DNA of 32,000 nucleotides from Pseudomonas aeruginosa (GTDB lineage Bacteria > Pseudomonadota > Gammaproteobacteria > Pseudomonadales > Pseudomonadaceae). The stretch spans positions 720,001 through 752,000 of the forward strand of contig NZ_LN831024.1 in assembly GCF_001457615.1 (NCBI RefSeq), written 5' to 3'. Of this stretch, positions 11,287 through 23,035 are shown piece by piece. The position numbers and the translations under genes were made by a program. Numbering within the stretch: position 1 is the first letter of the stretch; every line of letters starts with the position of its first letter. The notes below the pieces were generated by a model, which worked only from the letters and a program-made list of their open reading frames with translations, ran no database searches and had not been told where the DNA came from.

Positions 11287-11721
11287 ATGCAACTGAACGA
11301 TCTGCGTTCCGCGCCGGGTGCCCGTCGCGAAAAGCACCGTCCGGGCCGTGGCATCGGTAGCGGTCTGGGCAAGACCGGTGGCCGTGGTCACAAAGGTCTG
11401 ACCTCCCGCTCCGGTGGCAAGGTCGCTCCGGGCTTCGAGGGTGGTCAACAGCCTCTGCACCGTCGCCTGCCGAAGTTCGGCTTCGTTTCCCTGAAGGCCA
11501 TGGATCGTGCTGAAGTACGCACCTCCGAGCTGGCCAAGGTCGAAGGCGACGTCGTCAGCCTGCAGACCCTGAAGGATGCCAACCTGATCAACCAGCACGT
11601 ACAGCGCGTCAAAGTCATGCTGTCCGGCGAAGTTGGTCGTGCGGTCACCCTGAAAGGTATCGCCGCCACCAAGGGTGCGCGTGCGGCTATCGAAGCAGCT
11701 GGCGGTAAATTCGAGGACTAA
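11287..11721 (+). CDS. rplO: 50S ribosomal protein L15
   Basis: 144 aa, [37 protein letters not shown].... Confidence 0.98.
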
Positions 11722-13050
11722 ATGGCTAAGCAAGGTGCTCTCTCTGCGCTAAGCAACGGCGGTCTGTCCGAGCTCTGGGCACGTCTGCGTTTCCTATTCC
11801 TGGCGATCATCGTCTATCGGATCGGCGCGCACATCCCAGTTCCGGGCATCAACCCCGATCGCTTGGCGGCACTGTTCCGGCAGAACGAGGGGACCATTCT
11901 TAGCCTCTTCAACATGTTTTCCGGCGGCGCGCTGGAGCGCATGAGTATCTTTGCACTGGGGATCATGCCGTACATCTCGGCATCGATCATCATGCAGCTC
12001 ATGACCGCTATCAGCCCGCAGCTGGAGCAGTTGAAGAAAGAGGGTGAGTCTGGGCGTCGCAAGATCAGCCAGTACACCCGCTACGGTACTGTAGTCCTGG
12101 CACTGGTCCAGGCCATCGGCATGTCCGTTGGCCTGGGCAGCCAGGGCGTAGCCTTCTCCAACGACTTCGGCTTCTACTTCGTGGCTGTCACCACCTTCGT
12201 GGCTGGTGCCATGTTCATGATGTGGCTGGGCGAGCAGATCACCGAGCGCGGTGTCGGCAACGGCATCTCGATGTTGATCTTCGCTGGTATCGTTGCAGGC
12301 CTGCCGCGCGCCATCGGTCAGTCTTTCGAGTCTGCCCGTCAAGGTGACATCAACATCTTCGCCCTGATCGGCGTCGGCCTGCTGGCCGTGGCGATCATCG
12401 CGTTCGTGGTGTTCATCGAGCGTGGCCAGCGTCGCATCGCGGTGCATTACGCCAAGCGCCAGCAAGGCCGCAAGGTGTTTGCAGCGCAGACCAGCCATCT
12501 GCCGTTGAAGGTGAACATGGCGGGTGTGATTCCCGCGATTTTCGCCAGCAGTATCCTGCTGTTCCCGGCGTCCCTGGGCTCCTGGTTCGGTCAGTCGGAA
12601 GGCTTGGGTTGGTTGCAGGACGTCGCGCAAGCGATCGCTCCGGGGCAGCCGCTGAACATCTTGCTGTTCACTGCAGGGATCGTTTTCTTCTGCTTCTTCT
12701 ATACAGCGCTGATGTTCAACCCGAAGGACGTGGCGGAGAACCTCAAGAAGTCCGGTGCATTTATTCCGGGCATCCGTCCGGGCGAACAGTCCGCTCGCTA
12801 CATCGATGGCGTGCTGACCCGTTTGACCATGTTCGGTGCTCTGTACATGACGGCTGTCTGCCTGCTGCCCCAGTTCCTGGTGGTTGCGGCGCACGTGCCG
12901 TTCTATCTTGGCGGGACCTCGCTGTTGATCGTGGTCGTGGTTGTCATGGACTTTATGGCCCAGGTGCAATCTCACCTCGTTTCTCACCAGTATGAATCCC
13001 TGATGAAGAAAGCCAACCTGAAGGGCTACGGCAGCGGCATGCTGCGCTGA
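11722..13050 (+). CDS. secY: Preprotein translocase subunit SecY
   Basis: 442 aa polytopic membrane protein (...[20 protein letters not shown]...). The ATG immediately follows the rplO TAA, the canonical spc-operon position. Confidence 0.98.
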   Translation: MAKQGALSALSNGGLSELWARLRFLFLAIIVYRIGAHIPVPGINPDRLAALFRQNEGTILSLFNMFSGGALERMSIFALGIMPYISASIIMQLMTAISPQLEQLKKEGESGRRKISQYTRYGTVVLALVQAIGMSVGLGSQGVAFSNDFGFYFVAVTTFVAGAMFMMWLGEQITERGVGNGISMLIFAGIVAGLPRAIGQSFESARQGDINIFALIGVGLLAVAIIAFVVFIERGQRRIAVHYAKRQQGRKVFAAQTSHLPLKVNMAGVIPAIFASSILLFPASLGSWFGQSEGLGWLQDVAQAIAPGQPLNILLFTAGIVFFCFFYTALMFNPKDVAENLKKSGAFIPGIRPGEQSARYIDGVLTRLTMFGALYMTAVCLLPQFLVVAAHVPFYLGGTSLLIVVVVVMDFMAQVQSHLVSHQYESLMKKANLKGYGSGMLR

Positions 13051-13078
13051 TAGACCCGTAAGGTTCGAGGAGTTGGTG

Positions 13079-13195
13079 ATGAAAGTTCGTGCATCGGTCA
13101 AGAAGCTGTGCCGTAACTGCAAAATCATCCGTCGCGATGGCATCGTGCGGGTGATCTGCAGCGCGGAACCGCGTCACAAGCAGCGCCAAGGCTGA
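13079..13195 (+). CDS. rpmJ: 50S ribosomal protein L36 (38 aa, Cys3-His zinc-ribbon form)
   Basis: Not in the ORF track because it is too short. My own translation of ATG 13079 to TGA 13193-13195 gives [46 protein letters not shown] lies upstream, and the position after secY is canonical. Confidence 0.93.
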
Positions 13196-13213
13196 TTGTG
13201 ATCCACGCGTGAT

Positions 13214-13249
13214 AACCCGGCAGCTAGTGTGCTGCCGGGTTGATTATTT
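13214..13249 (+). terminator. Terminator-like hairpin after rpmJ (spc/alpha boundary)
   Basis: 11-bp stem AACCCGGCAGC (13214-13224) / GCTGCCGGGTT (13231-13241), 6-nt loop, followed by the T-rich GATTATTT. Confidence 0.6.
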
Positions 13250-13268
13250 GCTATTACAGCGCTAATAT
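13240..13268 (+). promoter_or_regulatory. Putative sigma-70 promoter of the alpha (rpsM) operon
   Basis: TTGATT (13240-13245, overlapping the end of the hairpin), 17 nt of spacer, then TAATAT (13263-13268). It lies ~58 nt upstream of the rpsM ATG. Confidence 0.55.
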
Positions 13269-13325
13269 CCGCGCCCTTTCTTGGCTTCCTGGGCGCAGGG
13301 TAGCTGTCAATTGGAGTTTTTCTGA

Positions 13326-13682
13326 ATGGCCCGTATTGCAGGCGTCAACATTCCGGATAACAAGCACACTGTTATCTCGCTGACCTACATCTATGGTGTT
13401 GGTCGCACTACTGCTCAGAGCATCTGCGCAGCCACCGGCGTAAACCCGGCTGCCAAGATCAAGGACCTGAGCGACGAGCAGATCGATCAGCTGCGTAACG
13501 AAGTCGCGAAGATCACCACCGAAGGTGACCTGCGTCGCGAAATCAACATGAACATCAAGCGTCTGATGGACCTCGGTTGCTACCGCGGTCTGCGTCATCG
13601 TCGCGGTCTGCCGGTTCGCGGTCAGCGTACCAAGACCAACGCGCGTACCCGCAAGGGCCCGCGTAAGCCGATCCGCAAGTAA
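13326..13682 (+). CDS. rpsM: 30S ribosomal protein S13
   Basis: 118 aa, [30 protein letters not shown].... Confidence 0.98.
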   Translation: MARIAGVNIPDNKHTVISLTYIYGVGRTTAQSICAATGVNPAAKIKDLSDEQIDQLRNEVAKITTEGDLRREINMNIKRLMDLGCYRGLRHRRGLPVRGQRTKTNARTRKGPRKPIRK

Positions 13683-13700
13683 TCGCGTAGGAATCTAGTC

Positions 13701-14090
13701 ATGGCAAAACCTGCTGCTCGTCCCCGTAAGAAAGTCAAAAAGACAGTGGTCGATGGGATCGCCCACATCCACGCGTCTTTCAACAACACCATCGTGACCA
13801 TCACCGACCGTCAGGGCAACGCACTGTCCTGGGCGACCTCCGGTGGTTCCGGTTTCCGCGGCTCGCGTAAGAGCACCCCGTTCGCTGCCCAGGTAGCGGC
13901 CGAGCGTGCCGGCCAGGCTGCCCTGGAATACGGTCTGAAGAACCTGGACGTCAACGTCAAGGGCCCGGGCCCGGGCCGCGAGTCCGCCGTTCGCGCTCTG
14001 AATGCTTGCGGCTACAAGATCGCCAGCATCACCGACGTAACCCCGATCCCGCATAACGGCTGCCGTCCGCCGAAAAAGCGTCGCGTGTAA
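13701..14090 (+). CDS. rpsK: 30S ribosomal protein S11
   Basis: 129 aa, ...[46 protein letters not shown].... Confidence 0.98.
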   Translation: MAKPAARPRKKVKKTVVDGIAHIHASFNNTIVTITDRQGNALSWATSGGSGFRGSRKSTPFAAQVAAERAGQAALEYGLKNLDVNVKGPGPGRESAVRALNACGYKIASITDVTPIPHNGCRPPKKRRV

Positions 14091-14106
14091 TAGGAGACAG
14101 TGAGAA

Positions 14107-14727
14107 ATGGCTCGTTACATTGGTCCCAAGTGCAAACTGTCTCGCCGTGAAGGCACCGACCTGTTCCTGAAGAGCGGCGCCCGCGCCCTCGACTCGAAGT
14201 GCAAGGCTGAAAACGTTCCTGGCCAGCATGGCCAGCGTCGTGGCCGTCTGTCCGACTACGGTCTGCAGCTGCGTGAAAAGCAGAAAGTACGTCGCATCTA
14301 CGGCGTGCTGGAGCGTCAGTTCCGCGGTTACTACCAGGAAGCTTCCCGTCGCAAGGGTTCTACCGGTGAGAACCTGCTGCAACTGCTCGAGTGCCGCCTG
14401 GACAACGTCGTATACCGCATGGGCTTCGGTTCCACTCGTTCGGAATCCCGCCAGCTGGTATCCCACAAGGCCATCACCGTCAACGGTCAGACCGTCAACA
14501 TCCCTTCCTACCAAGTGAAGGCCGGTGACGTCGTAGCTGTTCGCGAAAAATCGAAGAACCAGCTGCGTATCGCTCAGGCTCTGGAACTCTGTGGCCAGCG
14601 CGGTCGCGTCGAGTGGGTCGAAGTCGACCTCGACAAGAAGGCTGGTACCTTCAAGAGTGCTCCGGCTCGCAGCGACCTGTCCGCTGATATCAACGAAAAC
14701 CTGATTGTCGAGCTCTACTCCAAGTAA
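14107..14727 (+). CDS. rpsD: 30S ribosomal protein S4
   Basis: 206 aa, [24 protein letters not shown].... Confidence 0.98.
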   Translation: MARYIGPKCKLSRREGTDLFLKSGARALDSKCKAENVPGQHGQRRGRLSDYGLQLREKQKVRRIYGVLERQFRGYYQEASRRKGSTGENLLQLLECRLDNVVYRMGFGSTRSESRQLVSHKAITVNGQTVNIPSYQVKAGDVVAVREKSKNQLRIAQALELCGQRGRVEWVEVDLDKKAGTFKSAPARSDLSADINENLIVELYSK

Positions 14728-14749
14728 GGGCTAGAAAATAGGTGCATCC

Positions 14750-15751
14750 ATGCAGAGTTCGGTAAATGAGTTCCTGACCCCCCGCCACATCGATGTGCAG
14801 GTGGTCAGTCAAACCCGCGCCAAGATCACGCTCGAGCCTCTCGAGCGTGGTTTTGGTCACACCCTGGGCAACGCGCTGCGTCGCATCCTGTTGTCCTCCA
14901 TGCCTGGCTGCGCAGTGGTCGAGGCCGAGATCGACGGCGTACTCCACGAGTACTCGGCGATCGAAGGTGTGCAGGAAGATGTAATCGAGATCCTGCTGAA
15001 CCTGAAAGGTCTGGCCATCAAGCTGCACGGTCGTGATGAAGTGACGCTGACCCTGGCTAAGAAGGGCTCGGGTGTTGTGACTGCTGCCGATATTCAGCTG
15101 GATCACGATGTTGAGATCATCAACGGTGACCACGTTATCGCCAACCTGGCAGACAACGGCGCGCTGAACATGAAGCTGAAGGTAGCTCGTGGCCGTGGCT
15201 ACGAGCCTGCCGACGCACGTCAGAGCGATGAAGACGAAAGCCGCAGCATCGGCCGTCTGCAGCTCGACGCATCGTTCAGCCCGGTCCGTCGTGTCTCCTA
15301 CGTGGTGGAAAACGCCCGTGTCGAGCAGCGCACCAACCTGGACAAACTGGTCCTGGACCTGGAAACCAACGGCACTCTGGATCCCGAAGAGGCTATCCGT
15401 CGCGCCGCTACCATCCTGCAACAGCAGCTGGCAGCGTTCGTGGACCTCAAGGGCGACAGCGAACCCGTCGTTGAAGAGCAGGAAGACGAGATCGATCCGA
15501 TCCTCCTGCGCCCGGTCGATGACCTGGAACTGACCGTACGTTCGGCCAACTGCCTGAAGGCGGAAAACATCTACTACATCGGTGACCTGATCCAGCGCAC
15601 CGAAGTGGAGCTGTTGAAAACGCCGAACCTGGGCAAGAAGTCCCTGACCGAAATCAAGGACGTTCTGGCTTCCCGTGGTCTGTCCCTCGGTATGCGCCTC
15701 GATAACTGGCCGCCGGCAAGTCTTAAGAAAGACGACAAGGCCACTGCCTGA
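14750..15751 (+). CDS. rpoA: DNA-directed RNA polymerase alpha subunit
   Basis: 333 aa, ...[29 protein letters not shown]..., with a C-terminal alpha-CTD (...[41 protein letters not shown]). Confidence 0.98.
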
Positions 15752-15794
15752 TCGTCGTAACTACCGAACGTAAAGTTTGGAAAGGAATTGAACC

Positions 15795-16184
15795 ATGCGC
15801 CATCGTAAAAGTGGTCGTCACCTGAGCCGCACCAGCGCGCACCGCAAGGCTATGTTCCAGAACATGGCGGTGTCGCTGTTCGAACACGAACTGATCAAAA
15901 CCACCCTGCCCAAGGCCAAGGAACTGCGTCGCGTTGCCGAGCCGCTGATCACCCTGGCCAAGGAAGACAGCGTCGCCAACCGTCGCCTGGCTTTCGACCG
16001 TACCCGTTCGAAAGCTGCCGTTGGCAAGCTGTTCAACGACCTGGGCAAGCGCTACGCCAACCGTCCGGGCGGCTACCTGCGCATCCTGAAGTGCGGTTTC
16101 CGCGCTGGCGACAACGCCCCCATGGCGTACGTCGAGCTGGTTGATCGTCCTGTCGGCGGTGAAGTCGTAGAAGCTGCCGAATAA
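15795..16184 (+). CDS. rplQ: 50S ribosomal protein L17
   Basis: 129 aa, [38 protein letters not shown].... Confidence 0.98.
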
Positions 16185-16201
16185 GGCATCTGCTGCACAA
16201 G

Positions 16202-16227
16202 AAACCGGGCCCAGGCCCGGTTTTTTT
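16202..16227 (+). terminator. Rho-independent terminator ending the ribosomal block
   Basis: ACCGGGC (16204-16210) pairs with GCCCGGT (16215-16221), followed by seven Ts (16221-16227). Confidence 0.85.
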
Positions 16228-16465
16228 ATTACCTGCCTTAAAGTTTTTATCTATCGGCTCGCTGTCTTTAATAAATTGGATTGTGGGAGGGCTGTCATTC
16301 ATCCTTAACCTGCTTTTACGAAAAGCTACGTTCGGATAAGCGAGATCAATGCAAAGGGCGCTTGGTTCAGCCGACAGGTTGTCCTCCGCCAATCCCTGGT
16401 CCACGCTGATGATTTCCGTGTAGCCGCTTCGCTTCATAGCACGTTAGCCGTTGAGGAGAGAGTAA

Positions 16466-17914
16466 ATGGAAGAGAAGACCCGCCTGACCACTGCCGCTGG
16501 CGCACCGGTGGTCGATAACCAGAACGTGCAGACCGCCGGTCCGCGGGGCCCGATGTTGCTGCAGGACGTGTGGTTCCTCGAGAAGCTCGCCCACTTCGAT
16601 CGCGAAGTGATCCCCGAGCGACGCATGCATGCGAAAGGCTCCGCGGCCTACGGCACCTTCACCGTCACCCATGACATCACCCCCTACACCCGGGCGAAGA
16701 TCTTCTCCCAGGTCGGCAAGAAGACCGATATGTTCCTGCGCTTCTCCACCGTCGCCGGTGAGCGTGGCGCGGCGGATGCCGAGCGAGACATCCGCGGCTT
16801 CTCCATGCGTTTCTACACCGAGCAGGGCAACTGGGACCTGGTCGGCAACAACACCCCGGTGTTCTATCTGCGCGACCCGCTCAAGTTCCCCGATCTCAAC
16901 CACGTGGTGAAGCGTGACCCGCGCACCAACCTGCGCAATGCGACCTTCAAGTGGGACTTTTTCTCTCACCTCCCCGAGTCGCTGCATCAGTTGACCATCG
17001 ACTTCAGCGACCGCGGCCTGCCGAAGAGCTATCGGCACATCCATGGTTTCGGCAGCCATACCTTCAGCTTCATCAATGCGAACAACGAGCGCTTCTGGGT
17101 CAAGTTCCACTTCAAGACCCAACAGGGCATCGAGAACCTGACCAACGCCGAGGCTGCCGAAGTGATCGCCCAGGACCGCGAGAGTTCGCAGCGCGACTTG
17201 TACGAGAGCATCGAGAAAGGCGACTTCCCGCGCTGGAAGATGTACGTGCAGATCATGCCCGAGAAGGAAGCGGCCACCTATCGCTACAACCCGTTCGACC
17301 TGACCAAGGTCTGGCCCCACGGCGACTACCCGTTGATCGAAGTGGGCTTCTTCGAGCTGAACCGTAACCCGGACAACTACTTCGCCGAGGTCGAGCAGGC
17401 CGCTTTCACGCCGGCCAACGTGGTGCCCGGTATCGGTTTCTCGCCGGACAAGATGCTCCAGGGCCGTCTGTTCTCCTACGGCGACGCCCATCGCTATCGC
17501 CTGGGCGTCAACCACCACCAGATCCCGGTGAACGCCGCGCGTTGCCCGCACCAGGTCTACCACCGCGACGGCGGCATGCGGGTGGACGGCAACAACGCCC
17601 ATCAGCGCGTCACCTACGAGCCGAACAGCTTCAACCAGTGGCAGGAGCAGCCTGACTTCTCCGAGCCGCCGCTGAGCCTGGAGGGCGCGGCGGACCACTG
17701 GAACCACCGGGTGGACGACGACTACTACAGCCAGCCCGCCGCGCTGTTCCATCTGTTCACCGACGAGCAGAAGCAGCGGCTGTTCGCCAACATCGCCGAA
17801 GACATCCGCGATGTACCGGAACAGATCCAGCGTCGCCAGATCGGCCTGTTCCTCAAGGTCGACCCGGCCTACGGCAAAGGCGTCGCCGACGCCCTCGGCC
17901 TGAAGCTGGACTGA
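16466..17914 (+). CDS. katA: Monofunctional heme catalase (482 aa)
   Basis: Clade-3 catalase signatures are present: [22 protein letters not shown] (distal His), [21 protein letters not shown], and [15 protein letters not shown] (proximal Tyr). SD GAGGAGAG lies upstream. Confidence 0.96.
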
Positions 17915-17933
17915 TGGCCTGATGAGGCCCCCG

Positions 17934-17961
17934 GCCCCCTTCCTAGGAAGGGGGCTTTTTT
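17934..17961 (+). terminator. Rho-independent terminator after katA
   Basis: Near-perfect palindrome GCCCCCTTCC/TAGGAAGGGGGC (17934-17955), followed by TTTTTT (17956-17961). Confidence 0.85.
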
Positions 17962-18043
17962 ATCTGCATTGGCTTGACCCGGATCAGGCGGAGCCGGGAG
18001 CATATGCGGCTAGATTCCTAGTTTTCTCCAGGGAGAGCCCCCG

Positions 18044-18508
18044 ATGCAAGGCCATCCGGAAGTCATCGATTACCTCAACACGCTGCTGACCGGCGAGCTG
18101 GCCGCGCGCGACCAGTACTTCATCCACTCGCGCATGTACGAGGACTGGGGCTTCAGCAAGCTCTACGAGCGCCTCAACCACGAGATGGAGGAGGAGACCC
18201 AGCACGCCGACGCCCTGCTGCGCCGTATCCTCCTGCTCGAAGGTACGCCGCGCATGCGTCCCGACGATATCCACCCGGGCACCACGGTGCCGGAGATGCT
18301 CGAGGCCGACCTCAAGCTCGAGCGCCATGTCCGCGCCGCGCTGGCCAAGGGCATCGCCCTCTGCGAGCAGCACAAGGACTTCGTCAGCCGCGACATCCTC
18401 AAGGCCCAGTTGGCCGACACCGAGGAAGACCACGCCTACTGGTTGGAGCAACAGCTTGGCCTGATCGCCAGGATGGGCCTGGAGAACTACCTGCAATCGC
18501 AGATCTGA
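18044..18508 (+). CDS. bfrA: Ferritin-like protein of the bacterioferritin family (154 aa; annotated bfrA in PAO1, also called ftnA)
   Basis: [37 protein letters not shown].... Di-iron ExxH motifs occur at E51-H54 and E127-H130. Position 52 is Thr rather than the heme-ligand Met. Confidence 0.93.
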
Positions 18509-18526
18509 CCCTACCCCGCGGATACG

Positions 18527-18563
18527 AAAAAGCCCCTGCGCCTCACGGTCGCAGGGGCTTTTT
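18527..18563. terminator. Bidirectional terminator shared by convergent bfrA and uvrA
   Basis: 9-bp stem GCCCCTGCG (18532-18540) / CGCAGGGGC (18550-18558). It is flanked by an A-run (18527-18531) on one side and a T-run (18559-18563) on the other. Confidence 0.8.
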
Positions 18564-18579
18564 CATGAGCGCCCGGCAA

Positions 18580-21417
<2,838 letters not shown>

Positions 21418-21448
21418 AGCGGCCTCGCATGGCGGGCGAAAACCGCTG

Positions 21449-21478
21449 ATTATACGGCTGGCCGCTAGCGCGCGGCAA
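21449..21478 (-). promoter_or_regulatory. Putative uvrA promoter
   Basis: On the minus strand: TTGCCG (21478-21473), 18 nt of spacer, then a perfect TATAAT (21454-21449). It lies ~30 nt upstream of the uvrA GTG. Confidence 0.5.
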
Positions 21479-21509
21479 AGTGGCGCGCCTGTGCCGCGAG
21501 GGGGCGGAC

Positions 21510-21518
21510 TGGTAGAAT
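21510..21518 (+). promoter_or_regulatory. Putative extended -10 promoter for the MFS-ssb unit
   Basis: TGgTAGAAT (TG at 21510-21511, TAGAAT at 21513-21518). I saw no good -35. It is divergent from the uvrA promoter, ~60 bp away. Confidence 0.4.
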
Positions 21519-21630
21519 GCGCGGCATTTTTCCGGCGCGGGCATTGCCCCGGCCGCCCAGGAGCGGGCGGCGGCGCCATCGGCAGGGGCATGAGGCCTTG
21601 CCCTGCAGCGGTTTCTTCCATGAGGGTGTT

Positions 21631-23019
21631 ATGCACGACTCACATACTGAGCGGATGAGCGGTACCGAAACGCGAGCGGCCGTCGGGCTGTCACTGGTAT
21701 TCGCCTTCCGCATGCTCGGCATGTTCATGGTCCTGCCGGTGCTGGCCACCTACGGCCAGGACCTGGCCGGCGCGACCCCGGCGCTGATCGGCCTGGCCAT
21801 CGGCGCCTATGGCCTGACCCAGGCGATCCTGCAGATTCCCTTCGGGACCATTTCCGACCGCATCGGCCGGCGCCCGGTGATCGTCGTCGGGCTGCTGATC
21901 TTCGCCGCCGGCGCGGCCCTCGCGGCCAATGCCGACTCCATCTGGGGGGTGATCGCCGGCCGCGTCCTGCAGGGCGCCGGGGCGATCTCGGCGGCGGTGA
22001 TGGCGCTGCTCTCCGACCTCACCCGCGAGCAGCACCGGACCAAGGCGATGGCGATGATCGGCATGAGCATCGGCGTCTCCTTCGCCGTGGCCATGGTGCT
22101 CGGCCCGGTGCTGACCCATCTGTTCGGCCTGCATGGGCTGTTCTGGTTCACCGCCGGGATGGCGCTGGTCGGCCTGCTGCTGATCCTGTTCTTCGTCCCG
22201 CAGCCGGACCACATGACCCAGCACCGCGAATCCAGCGTGGCGCGCCAGGCCCTGCTGCCGACCCTGAAGCACGGCGACCTGCTGCGCCTGGACGCCGGCA
22301 TCCTGATCCTCCACGCCATCCTCATGGCCAGCTTCGTCGCCTTGCCGCTGGCACTGGTGCACGAGGGGGGCCTGCCCAAGGAGCAGCACTGGTGGGTCTA
22401 CCTGACCGCGCTGCTGGTCGGTTTCTTCGGCATGGTGCCGTTCATCATCTACGCCGAGAAGAAGCGTCGCATGAAGCGCGTGCTGACCGGCGCGGTGGCG
22501 ACCCTGCTGGCCTGCGAACTGTTCTTCCTGGTCTTCGGTCACAGCCTGGCCATGCTGGTGGTCGGCACGGTGGTGTTCTTCACTGCCTTCAACCTGCTCG
22601 AAGCCTCGCTGCCGTCGCTGGTCAGCAAGGTCTCGCCGGCCGGCGGCAAGGGCACGGCGATGGGGGTGTATTCCACCAGCCAGTTCCTCGGCGCGGCGCT
22701 GGGCGGCATCCTCGGCGGCTGGATGTTCCAGCACGGCGGGCTGAGCATGGTGTTCATCGGATGCGCGGTGCTCGCTGCCCTCTGGCTGGCGATTGCTGTT
22801 ACCATGCGCGAACCGCCTTATGTGACCAGCATTCGCCTGCCGCTCGCGCCCGCCGCGCTGCAGGACGCGGTGCTGGTCCAGCGATTCAGGGCGTTGCCCG
22901 GTGTGGCAGACGCCGTGGTGGTGGCCGAGGAGGCCGCCGCCTATGTCAAAGTGGATACCCAACAAGTGGATCGCACCGCCCTCGAGCGCCTGGCCCAGGC
23001 CGCGCCGGGCGGATGCTGA
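21631..23019 (+). CDS. MFS transporter, YajR-like, with an extra C-terminal soluble domain (462 aa; PA4233-like)
   Basis: The N-terminal region [17 protein letters not shown]...[24 protein letters not shown] (MFS motif A) resembles my recollection of E. coli YajR. A C-terminal ~70 aa follows the last TM ([14 protein letters not shown]...[21 protein letters not shown]). SD GAGGG lies 5 nt upstream of ATG 21631. An alternative start exists at 21655. Confidence 0.85.
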   Translation: MHDSHTERMSGTETRAAVGLSLVFAFRMLGMFMVLPVLATYGQDLAGATPALIGLAIGAYGLTQAILQIPFGTISDRIGRRPVIVVGLLIFAAGAALAANADSIWGVIAGRVLQGAGAISAAVMALLSDLTREQHRTKAMAMIGMSIGVSFAVAMVLGPVLTHLFGLHGLFWFTAGMALVGLLLILFFVPQPDHMTQHRESSVARQALLPTLKHGDLLRLDAGILILHAILMASFVALPLALVHEGGLPKEQHWWVYLTALLVGFFGMVPFIIYAEKKRRMKRVLTGAVATLLACELFFLVFGHSLAMLVVGTVVFFTAFNLLEASLPSLVSKVSPAGGKGTAMGVYSTSQFLGAALGGILGGWMFQHGGLSMVFIGCAVLAALWLAIAVTMREPPYVTSIRLPLAPAALQDAVLVQRFRALPGVADAVVVAEEAAAYVKVDTQQVDRTALERLAQAAPGGC

Positions 23020-23035
23020 ACCTTAGGAGAACGTC

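Noticed and set aside
16336-16349. Possible Anr/FNR box near katA (ATCAA half-site).
   Set aside because: The 14-mer ATAAGCGAGATCAA has only the right half-site of TTGAT-N4-ATCAA. This is not enough to call.
16367-17752. 461-aa minus-strand ORF opposite katA, and the 134-aa ORF 16033..16437 opposite the rplQ and katA upstream regions.
   Set aside because: They are antisense to unambiguous catalase and L17 coding sequence. They have no SD and a low-complexity composition.
21446-21460. Possible LexA/SOS box CTGATTATACGGCTG upstream of uvrA.
   Set aside because: It is CTG-N9-CTG and not the CTG-N10-CAG palindrome. The AT-rich centre is better explained as the uvrA -10 (TATAAT on the minus strand).
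21517-21636. N-terminal extensions: the MFS ORF from ATG 21517 and uvrA from ATG 21636.
   Set aside because: ATG 21517 lies inside the putative -10 element (TAGAATG) and encodes an Arg/Pro-rich non-membrane leader with no SD. The conserved UvrA N-terminus begins at GTG 21417, which has an SD. The two extensions would also overlap each other across the promoter region.
21691-22965. 424-aa minus-strand ORF and the 243-aa plus-strand ORF (22392..23123) within the MFS gene.
   Set aside because: The MFS frame gives 12-TM-like hydrophobic segments and the conserved MFS motif A. The alternatives are Arg/Gly/His/Gln-rich shadows.
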